A stretch of DNA of 64,000 nt from Anaeramoeba ignava BMAN (Eukaryota > Protista > Anaeramoebae): assembly GCA_028826165.1 (NCBI GenBank), contig JAPDFW010000091.1:62001-126000 (forward strand), read 5' to 3'. Position numbers and translations under genes: made by a program. The notes under the pieces were generated by a model, which saw only the letters and a list, made by a program, of their open reading frames with translations, had not been told where the DNA came from and made no database searches. Below, in pieces: positions 1 through 12,200 of this stretch; position 1 is the first letter of the stretch; the number at the start of each line of letters is the position of its first letter.

Positions 1-276
1 CAGAAAACTCATAAAGATAAATATGCTTCTTTGCTTGTTAGAGCTAAATCTGATGATGTTATGAAAAGGTTGTTGAAAGAATTTGGATTGGAAGTGGATA
101 TTTGGAGAGATAAATTGATTGATTTTATTTTGGAACAAAACGAAAAGAAAGAAAAGAAAGAAAATAAAGAAAATAAAGAAAGTAAAGAAAATAAAGAAAA
201 TAAAGAAAATAAAGAAAATTTGGAATTAAGAATAAGTGATTCAAGTGATTCAAGTGATTCAAGTGATTCAAATTAA
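1..276 (+). CDS. 3' end of a class IV sirtuin (SIRT6/SIRT7-like NAD-dependent deacylase), 5'-truncated by the window edge
   Basis: Frame 1 from base 1 reads QKTHKDKYASLLVRAKSDDVMKRLLKEFGLEVDIW, matching the SIRT6/7 C-terminal motif (NLQxTxxDxxAxLxIxxxxDxVMxxLMxxLGLEIPxW). A low-complexity KEN/SD tail follows. Confidence 0.75.
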   Translation, partial: QKTHKDKYASLLVRAKSDDVMKRLLKEFGLEVDIWRDKLIDFILEQNEKKEKKENKENKESKENKENKENKENLELRISDSSDSSDSSDSN

Positions 277-510
277 AAATCAAAATCAAAATCAAAATCA
301 AAATCAAAATGAAAAAAATTAAAATTAAAATCAAAATCAAAATCAAAATCAAAATCAAAATTAAAATGAAAATCAAAATTGAAAATAAATTTAAATTTAA
401 AATTGAAAATCAAAATTAAAATCAAAATATAAATCAAAATAAAAATCAAAATCAAAATTAAAATCAAAATTAAAATGAAAATCAAAAATCAAAATGAAAA
501 ATTAAAATGA
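277..510. repeat. Intergenic AAAATC/AAAATT hexamer microsatellite
   Basis: Visible tandem hexamers; they generate the spurious ILIL ORFs at 125..376 and 273..485. Confidence 0.9.
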
Positions 511-556
511 AAAAAATTTTTTTGATTTAAAAAAAATCATTTTTCTCTTTCTATTT

Positions 557-2287
557 ATGGAAGGTGGAATTATTCAATATTTAACTTCTTTAAATAAAGA
601 AAATTTAAATGAAATTTATTCACAACCTTTTACTTGCAAAACAATTTTAAAAATTTTATCTCCTTTATCAAAACAATATGTTCTTCAACTTCTTTGTTTT
701 CCTCAAAATGAGCCTGTTGATCTTCAATCAACATTTTTATCATTTATAAAACCTGAAATGAAAGAAAATCATCAAATTTCTTTAAATAAACTTGTTGAAT
801 TGAACATTTTTATCCAATGGTTTATTATTATTATTTATATTATTTATATTTTTATTTATTTATGATTTTTATTTATTTATGATTTTTATATTTTTTAAAA
901 AAAATTTCAAGTTATTCAAAAACTTCAAAAAATTGTTATTCTTTAAATCCACATTTTTATCAACAATTAAGTCAACTTATTATTAATTATGAGTAGGAAA
1001 TTTTAAAAATCAAAAATCAAAAATCAAATGAAAATTTTAATTTAAATTTTAATCAAAAAAAAAAAGAGAATTTGTTGAAGAAAAAGAATATGAAAATCAA
1101 AATGAAATTATCGAAGAAGTTACAGAAAAACAAATCAAATCAAAATCCAAAAAACAATGGGAAGCAATTTTAAGTTATTTAATTGATCACGTAGAAGAAG
1201 AAGAAAATAAAGTTGAATCCAAAAGTCAAAAAAAAGGAGAAGAAACAAAAACAAGAAAAACAAGAAAGAAAAGAAAGAAAGAGGAAGAAAACCCAAAAGT
1301 AAAAACGGAACCCAAAAAAAACAGAAGAAGGAGACATGAAATCAAACTTTCGCAAGGATTTATTTCGCTTCTTGAAAAAACCGGATTTCTATCCAAAAAA
1401 ATTATCAAGAAAAAAACTCGTCATAAAACAACACAAGAAGGTTTCCGGTTTCTTTTTGAAGATCAACACACACAAATGTGGAGAATTCTACTTTTTTATA
1501 TTGATAATTGTGAAGAAAGAGGAATGGTGAAAAGTGAAGTCATTTCATTCTTGCTTCGTTTAAGCTTTATGAAGTTTGGAAGAGTAAGAAAATAATAGAG
1601 TAAAGAAAATCTCTGTTTGAAATATTAACAAGAATTTTCCAAAAACAATAGAAATATAACTCAGAAACTTTATCTTTAACACAACAAACTTTTCTACTTG
1701 ATTTGGATGAGATTGGACTTGTTTATTTAACAAAAAATTCTCAGATTTATTACCCTTCTCACATTACTTCGGTGCTTTCAAATACTGCGCCAAAATATTC
1801 GGGAAACGGTCACTTAATTATTGAAACAAATTTTCGAATTTATGCAAAATCACCAAATCAAATCCAACTACAACTCTTCACATGGTTTGTGCATTCCCAA
1901 CATGCGCTTCCTAACCTCGCCTCGGGAGTTCTTACAAAAAGAAGTATCCGCTCGGTTCTTATTAAAGGTCTTACTGGAGAGCTACTGCTTAAATACATAG
2001 AGCACAACACTCATCCTGAAATGCTCTGTAAATTTCCAGTTATTCCACCAACAGTAACTGAGCAAATATTGTTATGGGAAAAAGAACGGAACAGGCTCTC
2101 CTTCAAACCTTGCAGGAAGTATTTTGAATTCCCTTCTCATGATGAATATTTTGTTGTCAAAAAATTTGCAGAAGATTCTAATTTTTTAATTTGGTCAAGT
2201 GATCATGATAAGATTATTATCACTCTTGAATCTGCTCATAAACAAATTGAGAAGTTTATCAGTTCTCTTTCTGAGAAAAGGAAATGA
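557..2287 (+). CDS. GTF2H4: TFIIH subunit 4 (p52/Tfb2), 4 exons
   Basis: Introns 820-911, 993-1066 and 1584-1651 (GT..AG) join in frame. Motifs: LSPLSKQYVLQLL, KQWEAILSYL, GFRFLLEDQHTQMW, GHLIIETNFRIYA, LPNLASGVLTKRSI, VIPPTVTEQILLWEKERNR. Confidence 0.95.
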
Positions 2288-2574
2288 TATTATGAACCAA
2301 AATAATAAAAATAAATTAAAATAAATAAAATTTTTTTTTGATCAAATGAGAATTTTAAAAAATTCTTAATTATTTTTAATTTTGAAAAAGCAAAAAATTT
2401 GAATTAAAAAATTTGAATTTTTTTATTATTTTTCTTTCTTAAAAATGTTAAAAGTTGTTGTTTTTGTTTTTTTTTTTTTGATAGAAATTAAGAAATGAAT
2501 TCTCAAAAAAAAAAAATCAAAAAAAAAAAAAAAAAAAGTGGAATGAGAATAGAAGTTATTTTTTAAAAAAAAGA

Positions 2575-3467
2575 TCAGACATCTAAAAGTTGTTTTACTT
2601 GAGCTTGAGTTGTTTCATCTTTCAAATGTTTTGTACTAAATTTGATTGCATTGATTAATCCTTGTTGTTTTGGTTGATATTCTAAAAGAAGAGTTAAACA
2701 TTGTTTAATCATAATTGGACTTTTTTTTCTGAAAGAACCAACAGGATGAACATGATCATATAATATAATACAACCAGTCATTCCTCTTAAGCAAAAAATA
2801 TTTGTTTCTTGATTTTCAAATCTAATTTTAAATTTTTTAATTTTTTAATTTTTTAATTTTTGAATAAATTTTTTCAATTTTTCATAAATACTTCTTGGTT
2901 TCGATTAATGAATAAAACACATTAGACATTGTTGCTAAAGTTTCATAAATATCGTGTTCTGGAATTTCATTCTAAATTTGTTTTTATATTTTTACTTGAT
3001 TTTTCATTGATAATTATTAAAAAAAAAGTTTTTTTTTTACTTTTGTTTTAAATTGGACAAGACAATCAATAACACATTTCATCATTGGAGTTGCATAAGC
3101 AAAAAATAAACTTAATTGATCAGCTTTTTGATCACTAATTCTTAAATCATTAGGATCAATTTCTGTTCTTTTTCTTTATTTTTTTAATTTTGAAATTTTT
3201 ATCCGATTTTAATTTTTTATCCGATTTTAATTTTTTATCCAATTTTAATTTTAATTTTTGAAATAATATACCGACTAACAACTCGACGATAATAACTAAA
3301 ATCGTTTTGAATTTTAGCTTTTTCAAACTTAATTTCATCGAAAGCAAGAACAAAATTTATAATATCTCCAAATTGTTTTGCTAAAGCTTGTTGTGAAACT
3401 AATCTATCACTAGCATCTTCACCTCCAGTTGAACAAAGACGAGATAATAATAATGGAATAATATTTG
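2575..3467 (-). CDS. CYRI: CYRI/FAM49 (CYFIP-related Rac interactor, DUF1394); four clean 3' exons, with the 5' part only in degraded sequence at about 4290-4810
   Basis: Spliced exons read QQALAKQFGDIINFVLAFDEIKFEKAKIQNDFSYYRRVVSR, LSLFFAYATPMMK, MTGCIILYDHVHPVGSF and GLINAIKFSTKHLKDETT, all hallmark FAM49 motifs. Confidence 0.92.
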
Positions 3468-3477
3468 CTAATGAAAT

Positions 3478-4285
3478 GAATTTTATAATTAATTTTATAA
3501 TTAATTTTATAAATAATTTTATAAATAATTTTATAATTAATTTTATATTTAATTTTATATTTAATTTTATATAATTTTATAATAATTTTATAAATAATTT
3601 TATATTTAATTTTATAAATAATTTTATATTTAATTTTATAAATAATTTTATATTTAATTTTATAAATAATTTTATAATTAATTTTATAAATAATTTTATA
3701 ATTAATTTTATAAATAATTTTATAATTAATTTTATAATTAATTTTATAATTAATTTTATAAATAATTTTATAAATAATTTTATAATTAATTTTATAAATA
3801 ATTTTATATTTAATTTTATAATTAATTTTATAAATAATTTTATAAATAATTTTATATAATAATTTTTATAAATAATTTTATAAATAATTTTATAAATAAT
3901 TTTATAAATAATAATTTTAATAAATATTTAATTTTATAAATAATTTTATAAATAATTTTATAAATAATTTTATAATTTAATTTTTTTATTAATAATTTTA
4001 TAATTTTAATTTTTATAAATAATTTTATATTTAATTTTATAAATAATTTTATAAATAATTTTATAAATAATTTTTATAAATAATTTTATAAATAATTTTA
4101 TAAAATAATTTTATAAATAATTTTATAAATAATTTTATAAATAATTTTATAATTATTATAAATAATTTTTTATAAATAATTTTAATAAATATAATTTTAT
4201 AAATAATTTTATACTTAATTTTATATTTAATTTTATAAATAATTTTATAAATAATTTTATAAATAATTTTATAATAATTTTATAA
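3478..4285. repeat. 12-bp minisatellite (ATAAATAATTTT)n inside a CYRI intron
   Basis: Visible tandem 12-mers upstream of the AG acceptor at 3468-3469 (minus strand). Confidence 0.9.
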
Positions 4286-5084
4286 ATAAGTTTGTAATCA
4301 ATTGAATAATTAAATAAATTATTTTTATTTAATTTTATAAATAATTCCATCAACAATAGGAAGAACAGAAACCCAAGCATTTTTTATATTCTTGACTTGG
4401 TTTTTATAATTAATTTTTACGAATAAAATTTTTACAAGTTTAATTTGACGAAAACGTTCAAGAATTTTATAATTAATTTTATTTAATTTTATATTTAATT
4501 TTTTATTTAATTTTATAAATAATTTTATTTTTATTTTTTATAAATAATTTTTATTCAAGTTTTGTAATCAATTGAATAATTAAGAAATAAATAAAAGTTC
4601 ACTTTGAGAAATCAAAAAAGAATTTAAAGGTTCATTGACAATGAAAAAGAACAGCAAAACCCATGAATTTTATAGAATTTTTGACTTGAAAAAGAAAATG
4701 ATTTTTATTTTTATTTTGACGAATAAATTTTTAAAACTCATTTAAAAGTTGAAAAAAACGTTCAATATTTAAGAAAATGACTCTAATAAATTTATTTTCC
4801 TCTTCAGATGTTTAAATTATATTTTTATTTTGTTTTTAATTAAAATAAAATTTTTATTCAAGTTATTTTTCTTTTTTTCCTCTTCTCTTTTATAAATGTT
4901 TTTGTTCCTAAAACTCAATTTAAAAGAAAAGAAAAATAATTTAAAGGTTAATTGAGGATGAAAAATAACAAAATAAAAATGAAATAATATTTAATAAATG
5001 GAAATTTTGAAATTGAAAAGAAAAATGATTTTTATTTTTTATTTGTTAAAATTCAATTTAAATTTTTAAAATAAATTATAAATT

Positions 5085-6750
5085 ATTATGAAATAAAAAT
5101 GAAATAAATATTTAATAAATAAAATATAAATAAATTAAATATAAATTAATAAATATTTAATAATAAATTTATTTAGAATTAAATTTAAAATTAAAATATA
5201 AATAAATAATAAATTAATTTAATTATAATAATTGAAATAAAAATGAAATAAATATTTAATAAATAAAATATAAATAAATTAAATATAAATTAATAAATAT
5301 TTAATAATAAATTTATTTAGAATTAAATTTAAAATTAAAATATAAATAAATTATAAATTAATTTAATTAAAATAATTAAAAATAAAAATGAAATAATATT
5401 TAATAAATAAAAATATAAATAAATTAAATATAAATTAATTAAATATTTAATAATAAACTTATTTAGAATTCAATTTAAAATTAAAAATATAAATAAATTA
5501 TAAATTAATTTAATTAATTTAATTGAAATAAAATTGAAATAAATATTTAATAAATAAAATATAAATAAATTAAATATAAATTAATAAATATTTAATAATA
5601 AATTTATTTAAAATTAAATTTAAAATTAAAATATAAATAAATTATAAATTAATTTAATTAAAATAATTGAAATAAAAATGAAATAATATTTAATAAATAA
5701 AATATAAATAAATTAAATATAAATTAATTAATATTTAATAATAAATTTATTTAGAATTAAATTTAAAAATTAAAATATAAATAAATTATAAATTAATTTA
5801 ATTAAAATAATTGAAATAAAATTGAAATAAATATTTAATAAATAAAATATAAATAAATTAAATATAAATTAAAATAAAATTTAATAATAAATTTATTTAA
5901 AATTATTAAATTTAAAATTAAATTTAAAATAATTAAAATAAAATTGAAATAAATATTTAATAAATAAAATAATAAAAAATTAAAATAAATTAAAAATTTA
6001 AAAAATTTATTTAAATTAAATTTAAAATTAAAATATAAATAAATTATAAATTAATTTAATTAAAATAATTGAAATAAAAATTGAAATAAATATTTAATAA
6101 ATAAAATATAAATAAATTAAATATAAATTAATTAATATTTTAAAAATTTAAAATTAAATTTAAAAAAAAAATATAAATAAATTATAAATTAATTTAATTA
6201 AAATAATTGAAATAAAAATGAAATAAATATTTAATAAATAAAATATAAATAAATTAAATATAAATTAATTAAATATTTAGTAATAAATTTATTTAGAATT
6301 AAATTTAAAATTAAAATATAAATAAATAATAAATTAATTTAATTAAAATAATTGAAATAAAAATGAATAAATATTTAATAAATAAAATATAAATAAATTA
6401 AATATAAATTAATTAATATTTAATAATAAATTTATTTAGAATTAAATTTAAAATTAAAATATAAATAAATAATAAATTAATTTAATTAAAATAATTGAAA
6501 TAAAAATGAATAAATATTTAATAAATAAAATATAAATAAATTAAATATAAATTAATAAATATTTAATAATAAATTTATTTAGAATTCAATTTAAAATTAA
6601 AATATAAATAAATTATAAATTAATTTAATTAAAATAATTGAAATAAAAATGGAAATAAATATTTAATAAATAAAATATAAATAAATTAAATATAAATTAA
6701 TAAATATTTAATAATAAATTTATTTAAAATTCAATTTAAAATTAAAATAT
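5085..6750. repeat. Intergenic satellite, unit about 144 bp, about 11-12 copies
   Basis: GAAATAAATATTTAATAAATAAAATATAAATAAATTAAAT recurs at 5101, 5245 and onward. Confidence 0.9.
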
Positions 6751-6885
6751 AATTGAATAAAAATTGATTTTTATGTTTATTCTTTACTAAAGAATTGAAT
6801 CAAAACTGAATTAAAAAAAAAATTAATTTTGAAAAAAGAAAAAAGAAATAGGAATGAAAAGGAGAAGAAATGGAAAAGATAAAGA

Positions 6886-9042
6886 TTAATTTTTTCTGAT
6901 TCGTTTGTAAATGGTAACATGATCTAAACTAAAAACAGGAACCAAACCAACAATATCCAAAGTTTTTTGATGAAGCCTATGATAATTATTAAAATAAACA
7001 TAAGAAACATTAAACTGGTCAAAAACATCATTAATCCACTTAGCCTTTCCATAACTTTCACAATTTTCAAGAACTCTCAATGATTCTTTTTTCTTTGAAT
7101 CAGTTTTTGTGTAAGAAATACCATGAGTCCAAAGCCAACCATCATTTCCACAAACAATTTGCCTACCAGCAAGGGCAGTAACAGGAGTTGCATGATAATT
7201 ATTATCCATGATGAAAACAGAGTTTGGGTCGGTATTGTATTTAATCCAATGAGCAATTTCAATATCATTATGAGTATGCAATTCAGAAGTTTTAAGAGGC
7301 AATCTTACTGTTGAGAGAACTCCTGAGAAAATACAAACAATAAAAAAGGTGACTGCAATGGATATCACCATTCCACTCAATATTGTGCGGATGATACCCT
7401 GCGAATCCGAGAATCGCGAGCCTATCCAGACGATAAAATTAGCAGCAACACCAGAACCCATGAATAGCCAAACATTGATGATCTTAATATTATCGAATTT
7501 CCAAGGTTGAAACATTACAAGAACACACACCACTGCAAGAAGCAGCGATGCCAAGTAGAATCGCAATTGTTTGTGATTTAGAAGAATGATTCCAATGAGT
7601 GAGAAAAGAAGTAAAAATCCAAGTGCGTTGAATAAGTACATAAAAGGACTTTCACCAACATTCCTCCAAACAGGATGAAAACGAACAAAATTTTTCCCAG
7701 TTGCGCGAGTAAAATAACCGTAAAGTTGAGGCAGAGCAAGGATGTTCGCAGAAATACCGTAAACACCCCAAGAACCGATGTATTTACCCCAACGTGAAGG
7801 AGAGAAACTGAATGGGATGAAGAAAAGACAAACAAGAATTGTGATGAAAGCAACAGCCGCGAAGGAATGAACATGAATCAATGGGAGTATCCCAGTGAGG
7901 AAACCCGCGCCAGCAAACGCACGCACATAACTGCCAAAAGAAGTTCTTGTGGGGTTGACATAGACTGCGGTCCAGACCCAAATCAGGACGCCGAGAACAA
8001 GTGGGTATCCAAACAAAGCCGTGCGTTGCGGAATCAATGTGCTGTCAATTGGATTAAAGAAATAGTATATTTTTCCGTGATCAATTTTCTGCACATAATC
8101 AAAAAGATGGAGTTCAGTATCTCCCGTTGAAAAAAGTTTACGGATAAAATCGAGAAATCCTAATCCGCCCGAAAATAGAAAAAGAAAAACCGAAATGACA
8201 GCTGTTTCTTCCTTTTCGAATATCCTGAGGTTGAAGAAGTATAATAAGGTAATAAACGAGAAAATCATCATCATGCTTGTGATGATTAAACTTGTGCGCA
8301 CACTGGCTCCTCCAGCACCAACAAGAAGCGCAGTGTGGAAATCTGGAATAAACGGGTAAACAAAAGACTCTCCGTAAAAAAAAAGTGTTTTCAAGCTCGT
8401 TAATCCCTGCCAATGATAATTGGCTCCGTGGGTAAAGGAACTGATAATGTTCTCATGAAACGGTAAATCTCCATAGCAGTTCAATGCAGTTCCACGTCCT
8501 GAAGGAACGGGATCCAAAAAGTGAATTGAGAATAAATAGTAAAAAAGTGTTGAAAGAAAAAGTGTTGAAAGTAAGTATAAAATATTGTCAAATGCCTCGT
8601 TAACAATTTCCGAAATGATTCTTGTCTCAAAGAATATTTTGCGGGTTCGGACTTGTTTATTATTATTTTGGATTTTTGCTTCTGAATTTTCTTCTGAATT
8701 TTCTTTTTTTATTTTTTCATTCATCATTTTTCTTCTTTTTTGCTCGTTTTTAAACATTTCAAAATATCTTTTATCATCTTTTGCTATTGGTCTCTTCAGC
8801 ATAACTTGAATTAAACTCAAGGTGAAAAAAATTATATTTATTATTATTGCATGTTCTTGTGAAAAATAAATGTGAAAAAGCATTCCTAATAAAAATGAAG
8901 CTATTGATGATAATGCAACTCCAACTGGGATTGATAAAGCAAAACATTCTAAAAGTCGGAACGGTTTGTTGTAGAAATGATTATAAAAAAAAATAAATGG
9001 CGCAAAAGTTGAAGAAATTAAAATAAAAATCCAATCAAACAT
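6886..9042 (-). CDS. Intronless multi-pass membrane protein, probable GT-C-fold glycosyltransferase of a prokaryote-type family (718 aa)
   Basis: About 13 or more hydrophobic segments. First luminal loop has CYGDLPFH (candidate catalytic Asp), followed by YPFIPDF, LIPQRTALFGYP, GILPLIHVHSF and FQPWKFDNIK. The soluble C-terminal domain has WIKYNTDPNSVF...GRQIVCGNDGWLWTHG. Confidence 0.65.
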   Translation of the reverse strand: MFDWIFILISSTFAPFIFFYNHFYNKPFRLLECFALSIPVGVALSSIASFLLGMLFHIYFSQEHAIIINIIFFTLSLIQVMLKRPIAKDDKRYFEMFKNEQKRRKMMNEKIKKENSEENSEAKIQNNNKQVRTRKIFFETRIISEIVNEAFDNILYLLSTLFLSTLFYYLFSIHFLDPVPSGRGTALNCYGDLPFHENIISSFTHGANYHWQGLTSLKTLFFYGESFVYPFIPDFHTALLVGAGGASVRTSLIITSMMMIFSFITLLYFFNLRIFEKEETAVISVFLFLFSGGLGFLDFIRKLFSTGDTELHLFDYVQKIDHGKIYYFFNPIDSTLIPQRTALFGYPLVLGVLIWVWTAVYVNPTRTSFGSYVRAFAGAGFLTGILPLIHVHSFAAVAFITILVCLFFIPFSFSPSRWGKYIGSWGVYGISANILALPQLYGYFTRATGKNFVRFHPVWRNVGESPFMYLFNALGFLLLFSLIGIILLNHKQLRFYLASLLLAVVCVLVMFQPWKFDNIKIINVWLFMGSGVAANFIVWIGSRFSDSQGIIRTILSGMVISIAVTFFIVCIFSGVLSTVRLPLKTSELHTHNDIEIAHWIKYNTDPNSVFIMDNNYHATPVTALAGRQIVCGNDGWLWTHGISYTKTDSKKKESLRVLENCESYGKAKWINDVFDQFNVSYVYFNNYHRLHQKTLDIVGLVPVFSLDHVTIYKRIRKN

Positions 9043-9271
9043 TTTTTTTTTTTGAATTTAAATTTAAATTTAATTTTTTGAAAAGGAAAAAAATGAAAAA
9101 AAAAAATTGTCAAAAAAAAAAATAATTTTTCAAAATTAAAAAATCAAAAAATTATTTAAATAAAGAAAACAAAAACAAAAATAAAGAAGAAAAATAATAA
9201 GATTAATTTAAATATTCATATAATTAGAGAATAAGAAAGGAAATTGAAAAAAAACAAAAAAATTTTTTTAT

Positions 9272-12200
9272 TCATTTCCAAACATTAACAACACCATCTC
9301 TACTTCCTGATATAATCATAGGTGAATCAAGTGCAATCATAGAAATATCAGTGATTGATGCTTTATGACGTGAATAAATTTTTTGTAAACTTGTTCTTGG
9401 AGATTTTAGAATCATTCCACTTAATGTTTCATTATCTCCTACATATTCTGAATTTACTTTGAGATTTTCATATTTTTTGGAAGAGTATAAAATAGATGGT
9501 CTATCACCTGAAATAATAAATGAATTTGAAATTTGAGAACGATCCCAATATCTTAAGCAAGAATCAGTACCTCCTGTAAGAAGAAAAGAACTATTTTGCG
9601 GAGTCCATACTGAGAGGATTGAATTTGGATTAACTAAATTAAAAATAAAATTATTTTGAATATTTAAATATTTATATTTGAATATTTTTATTTGAATATT
9701 TTTATTTAAATATTTGAATATTATTATTTAAATATTTTTATTTGAATATTTTTATTTGAATATTATTTATATTTTTATTTGAATATTTATATTTGAATAT
9801 TATTATTTAAATATTTGAATATTTTTATTTGAATATTATTTATATTTTTATTTGAATATTTTTATTTAAATATTTATATTTGAATATTTTTATTTAAATA
9901 TTTGAATATTATTATTTAAATATTTTTATTTAAATATTTGAATATTATTATTTAAATATTTTTATTTAAATATTTGAATATTATTATTTAAATATTTTTA
10001 TTTGAATATTTATATTTAAATATTTATATTTTTATTTAAATATTTAAATATTATTATTTGAATATTTATATTTTTATTTGAATATTTATATTTGAATATT
10101 ATTATTTAAATATTTGAATATTTATATTTGAATATTTTTATTTAAATATTTGAATATTCATTTATTATTTATATATTTTTATTATTTATTGATAAAATAC
10201 CTTTTCTCTCATTTTGATCCTTTTTAGAATCTTTGGTTTCATCAGTTAAACTATACTTCATTAAATTCGGTATTTCATTATCAGATGATTCGGAAACTTG
10301 AAATAATTCTGTACATTTTTGATTTCTAATATCCCAAATTCCAACTTCATTATTAATTGTGGGAATCATCAAAGAAAAATTAGAATGAGGATTATTGAAA
10401 TAATACAAACGAGAAATAGAATCAAGATAAGGATGTTGCCAAGTTGAAAAAGGAATAAGATATCGAAGATCAAAGCATTGAATATAAGCTTGTGATGTTG
10501 CAATCGCACACCAATTTGATTGAGGATCAACAGCAAGTGAATTGATAAGTCCAAGATTCAAAGGAATAGAAATATCCAAAGCATTCTTCTGCGTGCGAAG
10601 ATCAAACACATGAGAAGAACCCTTCTGTGTTGCATACATCAACGAGTACGGAATATTCCCAGAATTGGAAAGAGAAAGAAGATCAACAATGCAACCTTCA
10701 TGAGGGTTGAATTGATTAATTGATTTATAAATTTTTTGATGAATTGGCGGTTTAAATTTCTTTGAAGATTCAAAAATTTCTTTTGTAAGTGATTTGGATT
10801 TTTCTGAAGAATGAAGATCCATTCTGAAAAAGTGGATCTCACCAAAACTTGTTGAACATGCCAATAGTTTATTACTATCACAAATTGTTAACGAAGTAAT
10901 TTTGCCTGTTTTGGACTCGAAAGCGCCAGAAGAATGTAGAGTATTGGAAACGCCAATGGAACTGGTTGCCCATATTCTTGCAGTGCCATCATCTGAGGAA
11001 GTTGCGAAAAAAAGATTGTCAGAAGAGACTGCAATTCGAGTAATTGCGGCTGTATGTTCTTCCATTGTTGCCAGACAGACGCCAAGAGGCTTCCATGATT
11101 GAACAGAGTCTTCTGTTTTTGCGCGAGTCGGAATTGGTTGTATTTGAGGATCGGCATTAGTATGAATGATCCGTTGGATATTGCGGAAGACTCTGCGGCG
11201 AGATGCCTTGATGATTTTGGAACGGATCAATTTTTGTGCATTTGGATCAAAATGAGTATCAATTTTGTTGGTTACTTCCACTGGAATTTGTGGGGAAGAA
11301 GCCAACGGAATAGCACCAAAAATAAGCGCAATTAAATCGCGTGTGTTCTGAATGATAATGTTTTCTGTTTCGATTTGCTTGAGTTTCTTTTTGGAAGATT
11401 GATGAGTATTTCCGAGTGATTCGGAAAGAAAAGATCGATCAGCAAAACTTCCAATAAGAAAAGAATCCAAAGAAGAATTTGAAGGAGTAACAGACAAAGA
11501 TGGACTTCGCGAAAGATTTGAAATTAATAGATCCGAATTTTGGGGGTTAGAAGTAACAAGTGGAAAATCAATTAAGGGGTTATTGGGGGATACAAATGAT
11601 AAGGAAGATTTAACTGGATTTTTGATAGATCCGCGAAGTGTTCGGAATGCCTTTCGGGAGAGATTTGGTGAGCCGAACATATCCTGCCACTCAGCCTCGA
11701 ATGAACGGAAGCTTGAGAAGGAGCTATCTGAACGGACAAGATCGTTAGGTGCTTGTGTTGATCGGCGGGGTTTTTTCTTGCGTTCTGCACGAATTATGGA
11801 GAATACAGGCGTTTCTTGACCAGAATCTTCTTGATAACCTTGGAAAATATCAAGCGGTTGCTTCTCATTTTCGCGCTTGATCTCGCTGCTTAACATTTCG
11901 CGGCGACTTGGGTTGTTGGCAGCATCGAGAAGATAATCATGAAGAAAATTAACTTTGCGTTTTTCTTCCGGACTAAACGATGGATTTGTTGATTCCAACA
12001 GATAATGAAGAGGGTTTCCAGTAAGAAGCATTGTGCGGATGATGTAATCGTATTTTTCTCGATAAAGAGGGGAATAAATATGCGAGAGGACATCCATGGC
12101 TTTGATTTTGAGCAAAGAATGGGTAAGATAGGGTGTAATCCAAGATCTGATCCAAAAATTTGTATCTGATTCTCTCAATTGCATTGTTGCTGAATGGAAC

